Assembly (NCBI GenBank): GCA_963755915.1
Contig: CAVWLP010000002.1
Location: 4,640,001 to 4,704,000, forward strand
Origin: an uncultured Phycisphaerales bacterium
GTDB lineage: Bacteria > Planctomycetota > Phycisphaerae > Tepidisphaerales > Tepidisphaeraceae
Length of the DNA stretch: 64,000 nt
Direction of reading: 5' to 3'
A program made the position numbers and the translations under genes. The notes under the pieces are model-generated. The model ran no database searches and was not told the origin of the DNA. It saw only the letters and a program-made list of their open reading frames with translations. Shown here in pieces: positions 41,798-50,598 of this stretch (the first letter of the stretch is position 1; every line of letters begins with the position of its first letter).

Positions 41798-42814
41798 TTA
41801 CGCCGCTTCGGCCTGGTGCTCGCCGAGGCGGTTGTGGATGGAGATGAATTTTTCCTCGGTCTGTAGGAATGCGTCGACGAGATCGGAATCGAAGTGGGTG
41901 CCTGATTCGCGGACGATGAGGTCGCGGGCGATGTCGGGGGTGAAGGCGGCTTTGTAAACGCGCTTGGAGGTGAGCGCGTCGTAGACATCCGCCAATGCCA
42001 CGATCCGGGCGCAGAGGGGAATCTCGTTATCGTGGAGGCCGTGCGGATACCCCTGGCCGTCCATGCGTTCGTGATGATAGGCGGCGATATCCCGGCCCAT
42101 TTCCAGGAACTTTACGCCGGGAAATTCGCGCAGGGCGGCGTCGAGGGTTTGAGCGCCGATGCTGGTATGGGTTTTCATGATTTCGAACTCCCGGTCGCTC
42201 AGCCGCCCAGGCTTCAGCAGCACCGAATCCGGAATCCCCACCTTCCCAATGTCATGCAGCGGGCTGGTCATGTAAATAAGTCGCGCATATTCCGGCGTAA
42301 TTTCCCTCCGATATTTTTCCACCGCCCCCATGTGCTGCGCGAGCACCCGGCAATAGCTCCGCACCCGCTCCAGATGAGCCCCGGTCTCCGGATCGCGGCT
42401 TTCCGCCAGTTTTGCCATCGCGAAGATCGCTACGTCACGGGTTTCCAGAGAGAGCACCCGTTCCGCGGTGCCGATTCGGGCCAGGAGCTCAGACGTAGTA
42501 CACGGCTTGGAGACAAATTCATCCGCCCCCGCGCGAAGTCCTTCCACCCGTGCTTCCGGCGTGTCCCGGCTGGTTAGAAGAATCACATAAACATATCCGC
42601 CAAGCTGCTCGGCGCGAACCGCTTTGCACAGTTCCACGCCGCTCATCTCCGGCATTTCCCAGTCGGAAAGAACCAGCCGGCACGATCCTTCCCGGATATG
42701 GCCCAGGGCTTCCGTCCCGGTGCGCGCGGTCACGACTTCGTAGCCGGCGCTCACCAGCGCCTGCTGGAGCATCAGGAGGGAGATTTCATCGTCGTCGGCA
42801 AGGAGAATTCGCAT
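41798..42814 (-). CDS. REC + HD-GYP c-di-GMP phosphodiesterase
   Basis: ILLADDD, SDWEMP, LHDIGK, HHERMDGQGYP, ADVYDAL. Confidence 0.93.
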   Translation of the reverse strand: MRILLADDDEISLLMLQQALVSAGYEVVTARTGTEALGHIREGSCRLVLSDWEMPEMSGVELCKAVRAEQLGGYVYVILLTSRDTPEARVEGLRAGADEFVSKPCTTSELLARIGTAERVLSLETRDVAIFAMAKLAESRDPETGAHLERVRSYCRVLAQHMGAVEKYRREITPEYARLIYMTSPLHDIGKVGIPDSVLLKPGRLSDREFEIMKTHTSIGAQTLDAALREFPGVKFLEMGRDIAAYHHERMDGQGYPHGLHDNEIPLCARIVALADVYDALTSKRVYKAAFTPDIARDLIVRESGTHFDSDLVDAFLQTEEKFISIHNRLGEHQAEAA

Positions 42815-42849
42815 GAAGTCCCTTTAATGCGGTTGAAAACCAAAACGGA

Positions 42850-43245
42850 TCATGCAGCCCCCCCACCGCTTTTGGCGGTCGCCGGCGAGGAATTTTGCGA
42901 GACTTGCCGGCGAATGTTGGGAAGCTGCTGGATGCATTCATCAACCTGCTGCGAAAGAACGGCGAGGGCGGATTCGAGTTTGCCGAGTTCGCACCCGCGT
43001 CCAAGTTTTTCCAGTTCCGCGGCGGCGTTTCGGATCGCGTCAGCGCCGACCATCCCGGCAGACCCCTTGAGCAAGTGGGCGAGCCTTGCGCACTGCTCGG
43101 CGCTCTGCGGGGGACTCTGTTGGGCGAGACCCTGCCGTATGTCGGCCAGAATCGTGGCCGACTGCCGCTCGAACTTCTCCAGTATCGACAAGGCGAGGGG
43201 GGAGCTTCCGGAACATCGTTCCAATAAGAGACCGATGTCAATCAT
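42850..43245 (-). CDS. Stand-alone Hpt phosphotransfer protein
   Basis: LAHLLKGSAGMVGA. Confidence 0.88.
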   Translation of the reverse strand: MIDIGLLLERCSGSSPLALSILEKFERQSATILADIRQGLAQQSPPQSAEQCARLAHLLKGSAGMVGADAIRNAAAELEKLGRGCELGKLESALAVLSQQVDECIQQLPNIRRQVSQNSSPATAKSGGGAA

Positions 43246-43251
43246 GCCGGA

Positions 43252-46041
43252 CTAATCGGCGCGGTTATCGGCAGCGGGGTGCGGCGGCGATTTATCGGAC
43301 AGGAAAGACCAGACGACGTCGAGCAGTTCGCGGGGCTTGAAGGGCTTGCTGCAATAGCCGTCCATGCCGGCCTCCTGGCAGCGGGCGCGATCGGCGCCGG
43401 AGACATTGGCCGTGAGGGCAATGATGGGGATTGGGCGGGTGGGATTGCCGGTGGTGGTTGATTTGCGCTCGTGCTCGCAATGGCTCGCGCGGCTTCGATG
43501 CCGTCCATGTTGGGCATCTGGCAATCCATGAGGATGAGGTCGATTCCACCCGCGATGGCGGCGTTTACGGCGCTGCGGCCGTCGCCCACGATTATCGGAT
43601 GAAAGCCCGCGCTCTTAAGGAAGTCATCGGCGACGATCTGGTTGATCTCATTGTCCTCGGCTACGAGGATGCGGAAATTGTTGGGGCGGGTGGAATCGCG
43701 AGGCGTATCCGATACCGATTTTACGGACCGATCGATTCCCGCTGCGGCGGCGATCGCCTGGAGAAGCTGGGCGCGGCGAATGGGCTTGAGGATCGTCGCC
43801 GCGATGTTGGAGGGGTATTGGTCTTCGACGGCGAGGGAGTCTTCGGCGCTGGTCATCAGCACGCAGGGGATGCGCGTGGAAGAGAGGAGTTTTGAAATTC
43901 CTTTGGCGTCGCGGTCGATGAGGATGAGTTGGATGGGTGGGGAGCTGGTTGTCAGGACGGAAATTGCGTGGTCGCCGTCGGGTGCGGAAGTCGGAGCTGT
44001 CCTGGTTTCTTTGAGGTATCGAGAGACGATTTCGTTGATGGTGGGATTTGGGATGACGGTGAGGATACGCATTGCTTTCAGGGGTTTGGGGATTGACGGG
44101 GAAGGGTGCGGAGCCGCGGTGAGGTTGGCGTTGAACCAGAAGGTGGAGCCGCGGCCGACTTCGCTGGCTACGCCGATGGTTCCGCCCATGAGTTCGGCGA
44201 GTTGCTTGGAAATGGCGAGGCCAAGGCCGGTGCCGCCGTATTTGCGGGTGGTGGATGCGTCGACCTGGGAGAAGGATTTGAAGAGGCGGTCGAGGCGCTC
44301 GGGGGGGATGCCGATGCCGGTGTCTGAGATTTCGAAGTGGATTGTGGCTTTTGTGGGATTCGTGCCCCCACCCATCGTGCCGAAACCACCGGAAGAGGAC
44401 AGGGAGGGTTCCCCCGGAGTACCAGGGGAGGGGATAATAGGAGAAATCTCAGGGGTGATGCGGACGATGATCTGGCCTTTTTCGGTGAATTTGATGGCGT
44501 TGCCTACTAGATTCAGGAGGATTTGGCGGAGGCGGGTGGGGTCGCCGGTGACGGTGACGGGGACTTCGGCGGCGATGTCGCAGGCGATTTCGACGCCTTT
44601 GCGAAAGGCTTTGCCGGACATCAGCTCGACGACGTCTTCGGCGACGGCGTGGAGATTGAAATCGACGGATTCAAGTTCGAGCTTGCCGGCTTCGATCTTT
44701 GAGAAATCTAAAATGTCGTTGATGAGCGTGGTGAGAACCTCGGTGGAGGTCTTGACGAGCTGGGTGTAGTGGCGCTGGCGTTCGTTGAGATTGGTGCCGA
44801 GGAGAAGATTGGTGATGCCCAGGACGCCGTGCAGGGGCGTGCGGAGCTCGTGGCTCATGTTGGCGAGGAACTGGCTCTTAGCGCGGCTGGCGGCCTGGGT
44901 TTCCTCGACGAGGCGCTGAAGCTGCCGGCGGGTGCGGAGTTGGAGCACCATGTCGTTGAAGGCGGAGGCGAGCTCGCCGATCTCGTCGCGGCGGGTTACG
45001 ACGATGGAGGAATTCAGATCGCCCTCGGCGACGCGGCGCACGCCTTCGCCGAGGTCGTGCAGAGGGCGGACGATGGGAACGGTGACCACGAAACTGAACA
45101 GAACGGCCAGGAGCGTTCCGCAGACGGCAGTGATCAACAGATTTCGCAGCATCGTGGCGCGAATGGCAGCCTCCTCGCTCTGATTGCTGAGAATAAGCAT
45201 CGCTGCGACCTGGCTGCCCGAAGAAGGGTCGATGACCGGATCCAGCGCCGCGCGATAATTTGCGACGCCAAGGCTGAGAGTGAATGGAGCTTCCATCGGC
45301 CACGCGCCGGTTTTGTACGATTTGAGTAATTCAGGTCGCACCGCGGAGGGCAGACTGCACGCGAAAAATTGAATCGGCAGAGAGAAAGCCAATCTCGCAA
45401 TTATGGCTGAGGCCCAGATCGGAGGCGAGCTGGTCGGTCCAGGGCGTCGCGAGAAGCATTGCGCCGCTGGGGGATTCTTCCGGATCGTTAGGGTCGCCAA
45501 AAATTAGCGGCATGGCGACGACCTGATAGAGCTTTCCGCGATAAGCCCACAGACCGGTTTGGGCGGTGGCCCGGGCGGCGCCGCTGGCCTGGAATACGTT
45601 GCGGACGACCGCGAGGGCCGCGGGATCGTTGGCGAAAAATTGAGAGAGGTCTTTCAGGGAGGGCCAGGGTGAGGCGGCGTTTTGGGCAATGAGCGTGCCG
45701 CGGTCGTCGAGAACGCAGGCGAAATCGACGTCGAGGGTTTGCGACAGGCTGTCCAGACGCTCCTGTAGGCTGGCGATGTTTTCGCTGGAGACCTCGTAAT
45801 TGTGCTCGGCGATGAGGGCGCGGAGCTCGGGAATGTTCATCACGATCGCGCCGGCCTGGCGCATGCGGAGGAGGCGCTCGGACTGGAGGGTGTGAAGGCT
45901 CTGGCGCATGCCGGCGAAATTGGAATCGCTCATCCGATCGAAGCTGGCGTGGATGGTGTGGAGGAATGGCCAGGCCATGCCGGCGACGAGCAGAAGCACG
46001 ACGGCGGCCCACCAGAGGAGAAGTTTGTTGCGAAGGCGCAT
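43252..46041 (-). CDS. Hybrid sensor histidine kinase (periplasmic sensor-HAMP-HisKA-HATPase-REC-like-REC); frameshifts near 45380 and 43480
   Basis: TM, DEIGELA HAMP, FLANMSHELRTP, NLVGNAIKFT, DTGIG, GGTGLGL, LMDCQMP, IIALTA. Confidence 0.9.
44409..44432. repeat. REP-like repeat core inserted in-frame in the kinase HATPase domain
   Basis: Minus strand ccctcccctggtactccgggggaa matches 10388-10411 at 20/24 and encodes PSPGTPGE. Confidence 0.65.
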
Positions 46042-46052
46042 GAAGTTTGTGG

Positions 46053-46862
46053 TCAGTTGGAGGGAGCCGGCTCGGAGGCGGGGTGGGCGTCCGGAATGAC
46101 CGGGAGATTGAGTTGTTCGCGTTTTACGCCCAGGCCGCGGTCGATTCCAGTGTAGCCCTGGTGGTCAGGGGCATCGTTATCCATGATGGCGTCGCGACTC
46201 GCGGCGAGGTGGAATGCGATGCCGTTCACATCAGCGCCGGCGACGTCAATCGGCTGGCGGATTTCGTCGCAGCGGTCGTGCCAGGCGACGATCTGGTAAT
46301 GCCCGGGCGGGACGTTTTTGATCTGGAAATTTCCCTGCGAATTGGCGCGGGCGAAGTAAGCGTTGGGGGTTACGAAGATGATGGCGCGCATGAAGGGGTG
46401 AATGTTGCAGAAAAGCTGAACGACGCCGACTTTGTCGAAGGTCTTGGTTTTGGAAAAGCCGTAGGGATAGCGATCGAGATCGAATGCGGGGGCGGCGACG
46501 GACCGGCTGAAGACGTTGTGATAGAAGTGGTCCCAGTTGGGGAAATCGACCTGGGCGCCTTTTGGGATGGCGATGAAGTTTGGGACGAAGGCGCGGTTGT
46601 GCTGGGCGACTGTGAAAGGTTTGGGCGGCGGCGGCACGGAATCGAGCGTAGGATCGGAGCCGAGATAGATAACGACTCGAGATGGGTCCGGCTTCTGGAA
46701 GGAAAGGAATGATTGGAAATCGACCGTACCGCTGACAGTGACTCCGCTGGGAGCAGTCGATGGGGCCAGGACCGTTGCCGGCTGCGTGGCCGGCTGCTCG
46801 AGTGCCAGCGCCGCGAGGGTTGTCGAGAGGGCGATGATGACGATCAGGGTGATTTGCCGCAT
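46053..46862 (-). CDS. Exported cupredoxin-like protein with carboxypeptidase-regulatory-like domain
   Basis: Signal peptide, FPNWD.FYHNVFS, FCNIHPFM (His/Cys/His/Met set), GNFQIKNVPPGHY. Confidence 0.8.
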   Translation of the reverse strand: MRQITLIVIIALSTTLAALALEQPATQPATVLAPSTAPSGVTVSGTVDFQSFLSFQKPDPSRVVIYLGSDPTLDSVPPPPKPFTVAQHNRAFVPNFIAIPKGAQVDFPNWDHFYHNVFSRSVAAPAFDLDRYPYGFSKTKTFDKVGVVQLFCNIHPFMRAIIFVTPNAYFARANSQGNFQIKNVPPGHYQIVAWHDRCDEIRQPIDVAGADVNGIAFHLAASRDAIMDNDAPDHQGYTGIDRGLGVKREQLNLPVIPDAHPASEPAPSN

Positions 46863-46881
46863 AGGGTCTCCATCGTGCCGG

Positions 46882-48000
46882 TCAGTAAGCGAAAGTCAGG
46901 TGGATTGAGATGGCGTCGGTGCCGCCGAGGGCGTTGCTCTGGTCGTGCCGGTATTCGCCGCGGATTTCCGCGCCGGGAAGAATTTCATAGGCGAGTCCGC
47001 CGCTGATTTCGTGGGCAACCTGGGTAGCGCCGGTGACGAGCCACTGTGGATCGTTCAGATAACTGAAACGAGCGAAGGCGCGGAATTTGTCAGTGATGTT
47101 GTAGTTGGCGAGGACGAGGAATCCGTTCCAGGCGGGATGGTCGGGGCTGGCGCCCTGCATGGCGAGAAGTCCCTCGGCGGCGAGGGTAAGGGCTTTTGTG
47201 GGCTGCCAGGTGACATGGGCGTCGGCGAAGTAGAAGGTGCCGCCGGTGCTGGCGTAGCCGATGTTTGGGCCGGTCCAGTTGTAATAAGGATATTCGTCGG
47301 CTTCATAGTAGCTGTAGGGCGCGCCGACAAATCCGGGGGCGATCCAGTTGGTGAAAGCGATTTTTAGAGCTTGAGTGGGGCCGTATTCCAGGATCGCACC
47401 GCCGGAGGGCGATTGATCGAATTCGGATTCTCCGTCGAAATTATTCGCGATGAAGGGGCGCAGGGTGAGGCCGGTGTTGCCCAGCGGCTGCGTGATCATG
47501 ACGCCGATAAGGTCTTGCGGTTCTGCGCCGAAGAGAAGACTTGCGGTTCCGCCGAAGCGGTCCCACTCGTCGCGCGGCTCGACGCCGATGTTGGCGTTGA
47601 ACTTGCCGACGGTAACGAGAGTTCCCAGGGATGGGAAAACATTGGCGGAGACGAATGCCTGTTCCAGGAAACCGCTGACGCTGTTCTGGTCGTCGATGAG
47701 GTGCATCTCCGCCGTGGCAGCGATGCGATCTCCGATGCTGGCCGTCCCCGCGAGGGCGACATCACCCAGCCAATAGTCTTTGTAATCGTCGCCGCTGTTG
47801 TGCAGATAAGAGAACCATCCCCACGCGTTGACCTGGAGGTATTGCTGCACATCGGTTGGCAGAAGGTTTTCGAGGGCCGGCTTCGAGTCGAGATCATCGC
47901 CTTCGGTTTGAGCCAACGAAGGCGCCGCCATGGCCACCAGGACCGCGGAAATCAAGAGAAGTTGAAATTTGAACTGCCGTACAAACAACATATTTTGCAA
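46882..48000 (-). CDS. Outer-membrane beta-barrel, porin-like
   Basis: Signal peptide, LEQAFV, TVGKF, amphipathic strands, IRGEYRHD, terminal aromatic (LTFAY). Confidence 0.75.
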   Translation of the reverse strand: MQNMLFVRQFKFQLLLISAVLVAMAAPSLAQTEGDDLDSKPALENLLPTDVQQYLQVNAWGWFSYLHNSGDDYKDYWLGDVALAGTASIGDRIAATAEMHLIDDQNSVSGFLEQAFVSANVFPSLGTLVTVGKFNANIGVEPRDEWDRFGGTASLLFGAEPQDLIGVMITQPLGNTGLTLRPFIANNFDGESEFDQSPSGGAILEYGPTQALKIAFTNWIAPGFVGAPYSYYEADEYPYYNWTGPNIGYASTGGTFYFADAHVTWQPTKALTLAAEGLLAMQGASPDHPAWNGFLVLANYNITDKFRAFARFSYLNDPQWLVTGATQVAHEISGGLAYEILPGAEIRGEYRHDQSNALGGTDAISIHLTFAY

Positions 48001-50598
48001 TCATGCCGGCCTCGCCAGGGATCGGACTGCGGGAAGAATACCCATTTTTAAAAGGGGCTGGATCTTCTCTTCGGGCATGGGCCCGCCGAAGAGAAAGCCC
48101 TGCATGCAATCGACATCAACATCGCGGAGGAGCTGGCGATGCTCTTCCGTTTCGATCCCCTCGGCAACGACCTTGAGGTTGAGACTCTTCGCCAGCGTCA
48201 CAATGGCGCCGATGAGCGGCCTGTGGGTCGAGTTGAGATCACCCCCACCAACCATCTCGAAGAAAACGTGGTTGATCTTGAGGGTCTGGAGAGTGAGGCG
48301 CTGGAGGTATGCGAGAGAGGAATAACCGGTGCCGAAATCGTCGATCGCGACGCTGACGCCGCGCTCATGCAGGGTGGCGAGCTTGCCCATCGCATCGCGC
48401 ATGTTTTTCATGAGGATGCTTTCGGTGATCTCCAGCTCCAGCCAGGGCTCGGCGCAGCCTGCGATTTCGAGGGCTGATTCGACGGTCTCGACGAAATCGG
48501 CCTGCGCGAACTGGAGCGCGGAGACGTTGACGGCCATGCCCTTGGGGGCGCAGCCGATCTCCCGCCATTTGCGGTATTGGCGTGCGGCTTCGTTTAGCAC
48601 CCAGGCGCCGATGGGGAGAATCAGGCCCGTATCCTCAGCAAATGGAATAAACGCGGAGGGGGAAACAAGCCCGAGCGTCGGATGCTGCCAGCGGACGAGG
48701 CCCTCGACGCCGACGATTTTTCCGGAGGGATCGACGACTGGCTGGTATTCGAGTCGAAGCTCGTTGCGCTGGGTGGCGTAGCGGAGTGCGTTTTCCAGTT
48801 CGAGCCGCGCCACGATTCCCTCCCCCATTTCCGGAAGGAAAACCAGCGCCGTGTTTCGGCCGGCCTCCTTGGCGCGGTAGAGGGCCAGGTCGGCATTTCG
48901 CTGGAGGGAGGCGGAATCGGAGCCATGCGCGGGGAAAACCGCGGCGCCGATGGTGACGGTCACAACCAGCTCCCGGCCGCGCAGGTCGATCGGGCGCTTG
49001 AAGGCGTCGACGAGATCCCGGGCCACGACCTCCGCATCCGCGGCGCTGGCCAGATTGCCGAGGATGGCGGCGAATTCGTCGCCCCCCATCCGCGCCAGTG
49101 TGTCGGATGTGCGCAGCCGCTGGCGAAGCCGCTCGCTGACCTGGCAGAGCAGTTCGTCGCCGTTATGGTGGCCGTAGGTGTCGTTAACAAATTTGAACCG
49201 GTCGACGTCAACCAGCAGGACCGCGAGCGGTTTGTTCGTACGGTTGGCGGCACCGAGAGCCTGCTCCAGGCGGTCGTTGAAGAGAATGCGATTGGGCAGG
49301 CGCGTGAGGGCATCGTGATGCGCCTGGAAGGTAAGCTGCTCGGTAAGCTGGCGATGCTCGTGCGCCAGGCCGGCCAGTTCGCTGGCCAGCTTCAGCATTT
49401 CGATGGCGGAGGTACCGGGCCGCTGCTTGTCGCGCAGATAGATGAAAAATGCCCCGGCCGGCTCGCGGTGGCGCGACTGGATCAGCATCGCCCAGCAGGA
49501 GCGGATTCCCTGGTCCGCCAGGTGCGGACGCACCGGAGCCCACACGGAATCCTCCATCACGTCGCAGACGATGATTCGATCGTGCTGGTTGGCGGAGAGG
49601 CCAACGAGCCGGGCGATGATCTCGGGAAGTTTTGTTTCGATCGCGGTGGACAGAGCCGTCGGCAGCTTCGGCGCCAAGTGCGTATGCGGCGGGGTTATAA
49701 GGCCAATCGCGGCCGAGGCGGCCTGCGGCTCCTGCGCATGCGCCGCATCGACCAGACGATTCAGCGTGTCCAGCAGCGGGCGCCCTGGGCGATCATCTCC
49801 AACGCTTCGGCACGCACCTCCTCGCGATATTCCATCTGCTTGCGCGAGGTAATGTCGCGCAGACGCCTGAAACTCGCCCGGGCTCGTGCCGGCGGTGTGC
49901 AGAACGCGCCGGCAGGTCGATTCGAGCCATACATATTTGCCGTCCGAGCGGCGGAAGCGGAATTCGATCTGGCCGGTTTCGCCGAGGTTGGCCTGGCCGC
50001 TATAACATTTTTCCAGGGCCGCTTTGTCTTCGGGATGGACGAAGGCGCTGAGGTTCATGCCGACCATCTCTTCAGGCGCATAACCAAGAATCGCGATCGA
50101 CGCGGGTGAGACGTACATGAACGTGCCGTCGAGCGACTGCCGGGATATCACGTCCGAAGAATTTTCCGCCAGGATCCGGAACCGCTCTTCCTTTTGCGCG
50201 AGCAGATCGATCAGGTTTTTGGTGTGAAGCGAGTATCGCACGCGGGCGCACAGTTCCGCCGGGTCGAAGGGCTTGGTGACGTAGTCGGTCGCGCCCATCG
50301 CCAGTCCGCGCAGCTTTTCGTCGGTGGAGGAAGCGCCGGTGAGGAAGACGACGGGAATGTCGGCTGTGTGGGCATCCGCCTTCAGGCGCTTGCACACTTC
50401 GAACCCATCGACGCCAGGCAGATCGACGTCCAGAAGAATCAAGTCCGGCCCGATCTGCGACGCGGCCGCCTGGGCGCGCTCGCCGTCGGCGCAGGAGAAG
50501 AAGTCGAGCGGTTCCCTCGCCAGCCAAACCCGCACGAGCTCCTGAATATCTTCGGAGTCGTCAATGATGAGCAGTTTTTGGTTTGGCATTGGTTTCAC
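48001..50598 (-). CDS. REC-PAS-GAF-GGDEF-EAL protein; compensating frameshift pair near 49790-49855
   Basis: LLDVDLP, HPED PAS, RTSD I-site + GGDEF, EGL, DDFGTGYSS, AEGIE, QG. Confidence 0.92.
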   Translation of the reverse strand: MKPMPNQKLLIIDDSEDIQELVRVWLAREPLDFFSCADGERAQAAASQIGPDLILLDVDLPGVDGFEVCKRLKADAHTADIPVVFLTGASSTDEKLRGLAMGATDYVTKPFDPAELCARVRYSLHTKNLIDLLAQKEERFRILAENSSDVISRQSLDGTFMYVSPASIAILGYAPEEMVGMNLSAFVHPEDKAALEKCYSGQANLGETGQIEFRFRRSDGKYVWLESTCRRVLHTAGTSPGEFQASARHYLAQADGISRGGACRSVGDDRPGRPLLDTLNRLVDAAHAQEPQAASAAIGLITPPHTHLAPKLPTALSTAIETKLPEIIARLVGLSANQHDRIIVCDVMEDSVWAPVRPHLADQGIRSCWAMLIQSRHREPAGAFFIYLRDKQRPGTSAIEMLKLASELAGLAHEHRQLTEQLTFQAHHDALTRLPNRILFNDRLEQALGAANRTNKPLAVLLVDVDRFKFVNDTYGHHNGDELLCQVSERLRQRLRTSDTLARMGGDEFAAILGNLASAADAEVVARDLVDAFKRPIDLRGRELVVTVTIGAAVFPAHGSDSASLQRNADLALYRAKEAGRNTALVFLPEMGEGIVARLELENALRYATQRNELRLEYQPVVDPSGKIVGVEGLVRWQHPTLGLVSPSAFIPFAEDTGLILPIGAWVLNEAARQYRKWREIGCAPKGMAVNVSALQFAQADFVETVESALEIAGCAEPWLELEITESILMKNMRDAMGKLATLHERGVSVAIDDFGTGYSSLAYLQRLTLQTLKINHVFFEMVGGGDLNSTHRPLIGAIVTLAKSLNLKVVAEGIETEEHRQLLRDVDVDCMQGFLFGGPMPEEKIQPLLKMGILPAVRSLARPA

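Noticed and set aside
49790-49860. Odd peptide HYLAQADGISRGGACRSVGDDRP within the GGDEF-EAL protein
   Set aside because: Another frame reads RDITSRKQMEYREEVRAEALEMIAQG, the expected PAS C-terminal linker; two compensating indels
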